Below, piece after piece: positions 59,265 through 64,000 of a stretch of 64,000 nucleotides of DNA; position 1 is the first letter of the stretch, and every line of letters starts with the position of its first letter. The DNA lies in NCBI GenBank assembly GCA_900617105.1, contig UYFQ01000023.1, positions 558,001-622,000 of the forward strand, written 5' to 3'. The translations under genes and the position numbers were made by a program. Under the pieces are notes generated by a model. The model ran no database searches, was not told where the DNA came from, and was given only the letters and a program-made list of their open reading frames with translations. The DNA comes from Hydrurus foetidus. Its lineage: Eukaryota.

Positions 59265-60334
59265 GGAGTAGCCTTACGGGTTGCGTAATTTTTGTCAACC
59301 CACTCGCGGTAGGCACCGCTTTGCACGTTGCGCACCCAGTCTTGGTTGCTCAGGTACCAAGCTAGGGTCTTGCGGATGCCGGTCTCAAATGTTTCTGCTG
59401 GGTGCCAGCCCAGTTCGCTTTCGATCTTGCGGGCATCGATGGCGTAGCGGCGGTCGTGGCCGGGGCGGTCGGTGACATAGGTGATGAGGCGTGCGTAGCT
59501 GCCCTCTGCGCTGGGAGCCAATTCATCCAGCAAGCTGATAAGGGTGTGGACGATGTCGATATTGGGCATTTCGTTCCAGCCGCCCACGTTGTAGACCTCG
59601 CCAACTTTGCCTTTTGCCAGCACGGCGCGGATGGCGCTGCAGTGGTCGGTCACATACAACCAGTCGCGCACTTGCTGGCCGTCGCCGTAGATGGGCAGGG
59701 GTTTGCCTGCCAGTGCGTTGGCAATCATCAGCGGGATGAGTTTTTCAGGAAAGTGGTAGGGGCCGTAGTTGTTGCTGCAGTTGCTGGTGGTTACCGGCAG
59801 GCCGTAGGTGTGGTGCCAGGCGCGCACCAAGTGGTCGCTGGCGGCTTTGCTGGCCGAGTACGGGCTGTTGGGCTCGTAGGGGTGGGTCTCAGTAAAGGGT
59901 GGGTCAGTCGGTTTGAGCGAACCATAAACTTCGTCAGTGCTGACGTGGTGAAAGCGAAAGCTTGCTTTAGCTTCGCCTTGCAAGGTGGCCCAATGGCTGC
60001 GGGCGGCTTCTAGCAGGGTGTAGGTGCCGTCGATGTTGGCGCGCATGAAGTCGCCGGGGGCGTGGATGCTGCGGTCCACATGGCTTTCGGCGGCAAAGTG
60101 GATGATGGCACGGGGTTGGTGTTGGCTGAATAGCGCGTCAACCAGCGCCCGGTCGCAGATATCGCCCTGCACAAAGGTGTGGCGTGCGTCGTTTTGCAGG
60201 CTGGCGAGGTTTTGCAGGTTGCCCGCGTAGGTAAGTTTGTCGAGGTTGACAACGGGTTCGTCGCTGGTTTTAAGCCAGTCGAGAACAAAATTACTGCCAA
60301 TAAAACCGGCGCCGCCGGTGACGATGATAGTCAT
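59261..60334 (-). CDS. rfbB: dTDP-glucose 4,6-dehydratase
   Basis: [45 protein letters not shown]. Confidence 0.97.
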   Translation of the reverse strand: MTIIVTGGAGFIGSNFVLDWLKTSDEPVVNLDKLTYAGNLQNLASLQNDARHTFVQGDICDRALVDALFSQHQPRAIIHFAAESHVDRSIHAPGDFMRANIDGTYTLLEAARSHWATLQGEAKASFRFHHVSTDEVYGSLKPTDPPFTETHPYEPNSPYSASKAASDHLVRAWHHTYGLPVTTSNCSNNYGPYHFPEKLIPLMIANALAGKPLPIYGDGQQVRDWLYVTDHCSAIRAVLAKGKVGEVYNVGGWNEMPNIDIVHTLISLLDELAPSAEGSYARLITYVTDRPGHDRRYAIDARKIESELGWHPAETFETGIRKTLAWYLSNQDWVRNVQSGAYREWVDKNYATRKATP

Positions 60335-60392
60335 ATGCTTAACAAAGCCAAGCCGAAATGGAACGGCAACTGTTCTTTGCTCATTATTTGGT

Positions 60393-60680
60393 TCATAACA
60401 AGATACCTTGCTCTTGGGCGACGAGGTGAATGGGTTCGGGGGCTTGGCCTGGGTTTTGGATGGTCAAGTCCACACGGGTGTCGCAGGCGGCTTCCAGGCG
60501 GTACTGGGTGAGCAGGCGGGTTTTCAGGTCGATGGGGCGGCTGGCTTGCAGGTAGATGTCGATGTCCCCGCCACGGCGTGCATCGTCGGTGCGTGAACCA
60601 AAGAGGTAGATGCGGCCCGCAGGGTCGAGCTCACCCAGCAGGGTGCGCAGGGCTTGGTGCTCGGTGGGGCTTAGGCGCAT
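60393..60680 (-). CDS. Minimal nucleotidyltransferase (MNT antitoxin type)
   Basis: YLFGSR.D...GGDID motif; 95 aa. Confidence 0.88.
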   Translation of the reverse strand: MRLSPTEHQALRTLLGELDPAGRIYLFGSRTDDARRGGDIDIYLQASRPIDLKTRLLTQYRLEAACDTRVDLTIQNPGQAPEPIHLVAQEQGILL

Positions 60681-60690
60681 GGGGTGGCTT

Positions 60691-60801
60691 TCATGGGGTG
60701 AGTTCCCCTGGGGCGGCGGCATGAAAGGGGGTGAGTACCAGCAGTGCGCTTTGTTGCGAGGCAATGCGTGCTGTTTCAATTTGGTAGAGCTCAAGCTGCA
60801 T
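60691..60801 (-). pseudogene. Probable truncated HepT/HEPN toxin 5' remnant
   Basis: MQLELYQIETARIASQQSALL.. starts overlapping the upstream MNT stop and ends after 36 aa. Confidence 0.55.
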
Positions 60802-61204
60802 GTGCTTTGTCCCAATAGAAATCTTCAATGTCACGCCATGTGCGCTTTAAGAAGTGCGCCCATGCCAGAGTGTCTGCGCCCATCAGGGGGATGCCTTCTT
60901 CGGCGACGCTGGCACGCATGGCCAGATTGGCGCGGCGCAATTCGATCAGGTCTATGGCTTGGCTGGGGATGTTCAGGGTTGCGGCGAGTTTGTGGCGCAG
61001 GGTTTCGGTGTCGCCTAAAAGGGTGAACCAGTCGAGCTGGGGGGCCCAGTGCAAGGCGATATCCCAGTCGCTGGTGGCATGGGCTGTGCCTGTGGCACGG
61101 CTGCCTATGAGAACAGCAAATTCCAGGTGCGGCTCGGCGCTGAGCAGGCGCGATAGGGTGCGGTGCTCAACGCTCAAGACGGCGGGGGAATGTGTCGATG
61201 GCAT
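60791..61204 (-). CDS. MntA-like nucleotidyltransferase antitoxin
   Basis: LIGSRATG....SDWDIA (GS-X10-DXD), IDLIEL..A. Confidence 0.88.
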   Translation of the reverse strand: MPSTHSPAVLSVEHRTLSRLLSAEPHLEFAVLIGSRATGTAHATSDWDIALHWAPQLDWFTLLGDTETLRHKLAATLNIPSQAIDLIELRRANLAMRASVAEEGIPLMGADTLAWAHFLKRTWRDIEDFYWDKAHAA

Positions 61205-61241
61205 GGTCGGGCGGCTGGAAATGGATGCGTGCGTGGATGTG

Positions 61242-61448
61242 TCAGGATTGACTGAGTCTGTGGGTGTAGTCGTTCGCCATAGCGGCAAGTTGCTCAATAC
61301 TTTGCTCGGGTAGACCGGTTCGGCGCCACTCTGTGTAATTGAACCTGTCATGGTTAACGGCCATCAAAAACCGCTCGGCTTCAATCAGGCCCAAAGAATC
61401 CATCAGGGCTTGCATTCCTTGCATACGGATTTCGGATTCAGTGGGCAT
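61242..61448 (-). CDS. Small hypothetical protein (antitoxin-like)
   Basis: GMQALMDSLGLIEAERFL...NYTEWR, resembling small partners of PIN toxins (from recall). Confidence 0.65.
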   Translation of the reverse strand: MPTESEIRMQGMQALMDSLGLIEAERFLMAVNHDRFNYTEWRRTGLPEQSIEQLAAMANDYTHRLSQS

Positions 61449-61457
61449 AAATACTTC

Positions 61458-61670
61458 TTACGCCGCCATGGGTGGCGCAGAACTGCTCACCGAAGCAACA
61501 GGAACAGTGGCTTGCTCTACAAGGCGCGGTGGGCGTGATACGACGTTATGACCAGAGTTGCGCTGAGAGTGCCTGATCGCTTCACAAATGGTGTGAAGAT
61601 CATTGTTACAGCGCTGCGACAGTGCTTTTCTGATTTGGTGTATCTCTTCGACTATTGGATCTGAAATCAT
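61458..61670 (-). CDS. Small hypothetical protein (antitoxin-like)
   Basis: MISDPIVEEIHQIR...CNNDL, resembling small partners of PIN toxins (from recall). Confidence 0.6.
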   Translation of the reverse strand: MISDPIVEEIHQIRKALSQRCNNDLHTICEAIRHSQRNSGHNVVSRPPRLVEQATVPVASVSSSAPPMAA

Positions 61671-61820
61671 GAGAAAAGTCCCATCAGTTGAGGTGGCTTG
61701 GTCTGAGTTTTGGGCAGACAGTCGGCCAGTGACTCTGGCTGTCGTGGCATTGACTCTGGCTGTAGTGTTCATACCGGCCACCCGTGCAGGTCTTGAGCGC
61801 TCCACACTGAACCCGCAGTT

Positions 61821-61919
61821 ATTGGGGTCTGAGTCCTGGACTTGGGGTTTTGCCAAAATGACCTGCCCTTTGGGCATCCCTGCGGGCGCTTCGCGGTCAT
61901 ATTGGAATCCGACCCCAAA
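61821..61919. repeat. REPIN/MITE-like nested palindrome
   Basis: ttggggtc..gaccccaa outer arms; ccaaaatgacc/ggtcatattgg inner stem; tgccc-ttt-gggca hairpin. Confidence 0.55.
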
Positions 61920-61975
61920 AACTGCTACCCGCCGCGCGGCTTCAACCCTTTGGCGACAAGCTTCCACGCTTGAGC

Positions 61976-62051
61976 GGAACAGCAACAGTTCTTTGCTCAC
62001 TGTTTGGCTCATAGCAAGATACCTTGCTCTTGGGCGACGAGGTGAATCGGG
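61976..62051. repeat. Approximately 75-bp imperfect direct repeat of 60360-60435 (MNT 3' end plus next gene 5' end)
   Basis: Shared caagataccttgctcttgggcgacgaggtgaat core; both encode [13 protein letters not shown]. Confidence 0.9.
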
Positions 62052-62482
62052 TGAGTGCCAAATGTTCTGGCTACACCGCCATTTACACCGCCATTTACAC
62101 CGCCATTTTTTCCCTCACTTACTCCCTCACTTACTCCCTCATTTACTCCCTCACGCAGAACGAACGCCACCGAGCAACGGGTGGCTTTGTCGAATGAGGC
62201 TTTGAACTCAAGCGTCTGCGGTTCGCCCTGACGGATGAGGTCAAACAAAGGGTTATTTGGCATGGGATGGGCTGGGAATTTGGACGCCTGCCAATGTTCG
62301 TTAACAATTTTCTCCGAACTTTTCTCCGAACTTTTCTCCGAACTTATCTCCGTACTTTTCTCCGAACTTTGTGCATTCGCAGGTGCGCGGCAGGCACGGT
62401 CTTTTTCAGCCGTGGACTTTTTCAGTTCCAAGGTCTGAGATTCGCCAGTGGCTGCGAGTGCGATGAGGTCTGCGAGTTGCAA
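62009..62482 (-). pseudogene. Chimeric remnant of two AlbA/Schlafen-type genes and an MNT 3' end
   Basis: GESQTLELKKS and GEPQTLEFKAS stubs, each followed by 12-bp tandem repeats (SSEK)n and (EGVN/GGVN)n. Confidence 0.75.
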
Positions 62483-62523
62483 AGAAGGGGCTTTCTGTGG
62501 TGGTGCTTGTGGGGCGCTAGCGC

Positions 62524-62578
62524 TTTACTCCACGCTCACGTTGACTTTGTAGCCGTGCTGCTGGAGCAAGGCACTTTG
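62524..62578. repeat. 55-bp exact duplicate of the gmd 3' end (63143-63197)
   Basis: tttactccacgctcacgttgactttgtagccgtgctgctggagcaaggcactttg at both positions. Confidence 0.97.
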
Positions 62579-62613
62579 ACGCGAAGCAATGGTGATCTGA
62601 TTTTTTGACCAGC

Positions 62614-62868
62614 TCATTGCAAGACCCATGTACCTTTGGCTTTGATTTCCTGGTACATCGCATCAGGCGCCAAATCAAGATCGCCGGGCCACGTGACAGC
62701 ACCGCCTTCAATGCGTACTTGCTTGAAAACGATAGGGTCTTCAAGGGCCGCGAATACGCCGGTCAGGTGGCTGCGTGCAAACTGCACTTGCCCGACCGTG
62801 CCATCGGCAAATTGCACGCGCAACGCAAGGGGTGCAACAGTTTGAACATCAACGACGTCCCATTTCAT
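62614..62868 (-). CDS. DUF2442 family protein (TA-like partner)
   Basis: LRVQFADG, F..V....GAVTWPGDLDLAPDAMY; GAGG RBS. Confidence 0.88.
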   Translation of the reverse strand: MKWDVVDVQTVAPLALRVQFADGTVGQVQFARSHLTGVFAALEDPIVFKQVRIEGGAVTWPGDLDLAPDAMYQEIKAKGTWVLQ

Positions 62869-62876
62869 GGTGTGCC

Positions 62877-63137
62877 TCACTTTAAAGGTGCAATCGGGTT
62901 AGGTTGCTGTTTGTTCATGCAAAGCTGCCAATCATCGAGCAATGCTTGCTGATGCAGTTCAGCCCAATCAAGCACAAGCGCTTGGGCTCGCCGAGGCAAG
63001 GCACCCTCAACAATGAGCAGTGTCTGTATATCGACTGTGGCCTTGTACTCAGCATATTCAGCATGAAAGTGCGGAGGCGCATGGTCGTTAAAAAACATTC
63101 TGATCAGAATGCCATAAAACATGCTTATGGTTGGCAT
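62877..63137 (-). CDS. DUF4160 family protein (TA-like partner)
   Basis: MPTISMFYGILIRMFFNDHAPPHFHAEY...WAELHQ. Confidence 0.9.
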   Translation of the reverse strand: MPTISMFYGILIRMFFNDHAPPHFHAEYAEYKATVDIQTLLIVEGALPRRAQALVLDWAELHQQALLDDWQLCMNKQQPNPIAPLK

Positions 63138-63143
63138 GGGAAT

Positions 63144-64000
63144 TTACTCCACGCTCACGTTGACTTTGTAGCCGTGCTGCTGGAGCAAGGCACTTTGCTT
63201 GGCGTGGGCGAGGTCGTGGGCGACCATTTCGGTGACCATCTCGTCGAGGGTGATTTCGGGCACCCAGCCGAGTTCGGCTTTGGCTTTGGAGGGGTCACCC
63301 AGCAGGGTTTCGACTTCGGTGGGGCGGAAGTAACGGGGGTCTACCTTGACGAGGGTGTCGCCTACCTTGAGCGCGGGTGCGTTGCCGCCGGTGATGGTTT
63401 TCACCACGGCGTGCTCGGTGATGCCTTCGCCTTCAAAGGCGACGGTGACGCCGAGTTGGGCGGCTGCTTTGCGGATGAAATCGCGCACGCTGTACTGCAC
63501 GCCGGTGGCGATCACGAAGTCTTGCGGTTTGTCTTGTTGCAGCATCATCCATTGCATGCGCACGTAGTCTTTGGCGTGACCCCAGTCGCGCAGGGCGTCC
63601 ATGTTGCCCATGTAGAGGCATTTTTCAAGACCCTGGGCGATGTTGGCAAGGCCACGGGTGATTTTGCGGGTGACGAAGGTTTCGCCACGGCGTGGGCTTT
63701 CGTGGTTGAACAAGATGCCGTTGCAGGCGTACATGCCGTAAGCCTCACGGTAGTTCACGGTGATCCAGTAGGCGTAGAGCTTGGCCACGGCGTAGGGGCT
63801 GCGAGGGTAAAACGGGGTGGTTTCGCGCTGGGGGATTTCTTGCACCAGGCCGTAGAGTTCGCTGGTGGAGGCTTGGTAAAAGCGGGTTTTGTGTTGCAGG
63901 CCCAGCAGGCGGATGGCTTCCAGCAGGCGCAGGGTGCCCATGCCATCCACATCGGCGGTGTATTCGGGGGATTCGAATGACACAGCCACATGGCTTTGTG
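63144..64000 (-). CDS. gmd: GDP-mannose 4,6-dehydratase (5' end outside window)
   Basis: [52 protein letters not shown]. Confidence 0.97.
   Translation of the reverse strand, partial: QSHVAVSFESPEYTADVDGMGTLRLLEAIRLLGLQHKTRFYQASTSELYGLVQEIPQRETTPFYPRSPYAVAKLYAYWITVNYREAYGMYACNGILFNHESPRRGETFVTRKITRGLANIAQGLEKCLYMGNMDALRDWGHAKDYVRMQWMMLQQDKPQDFVIATGVQYSVRDFIRKAAAQLGVTVAFEGEGITEHAVVKTITGGNAPALKVGDTLVKVDPRYFRPTEVETLLGDPSKAKAELGWVPEITLDEMVTEMVAHDLAHAKQSALLQQHGYKVNVSVE

Noticed and set aside
61458..62012. 184-aa ORF as a single gene
   Set aside because: It reads through a gene stub, a palindromic element and a separate 70-aa gene starting at 61670.
60340..63200. Integron cassette array
   Set aside because: Small co-oriented genes are suggestive, but I found no intI and no recurring attC structure; the repeats are gene fragments.
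1..64000. tRNA, rRNA, prophage or integrase genes
   Set aside because: None recognised by eye; a covariance-model scan was not possible.

Overview
This window looks like a GC-rich betaproteobacterial chromosome segment; the Comamonadaceae-like assignment is inferred from gene content and style. It is mostly devoted to surface structures. From left to right it holds: a partial yggT-like gene, a Lon-N protein and a repeat membrane protein; a 12-gene Tad/Flp pilus cluster with an FHA-fused CpaF (2640-13741); a pseudaminic-acid glycan operon led by murJ, with PseG-PseH and HisF-PseA fusions (13935-31883); lysS and an NHL-repeat lipoprotein; a three-gene unit of a small secreted protein, an O-antigen-ligase-like enzyme and LapD (34989-39139); then wbaP, galE and a second polysaccharide locus running to gmd. 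The second locus contains an AT-rich Wzx/Wzy island (about 50250-58340), an IS4-family element, and many toxin-antitoxin genes, mostly as toxin-less remnants with short duplicated scars. The best candidate for an undescribed system is the three-gene unit. The small protein carries a LapG-type TAAG motif and a Gly-rich tail ending in Ser, next to a ligase/OTase and LapD, which suggests a c-di-GMP-releasable protein anchor for polysaccharide. A second candidate is an approximately 60-bp GCTAT-N7-ATAGC element found five times, four of them in frame inside genes. All calls come from reading the sequence only; no searches were run.
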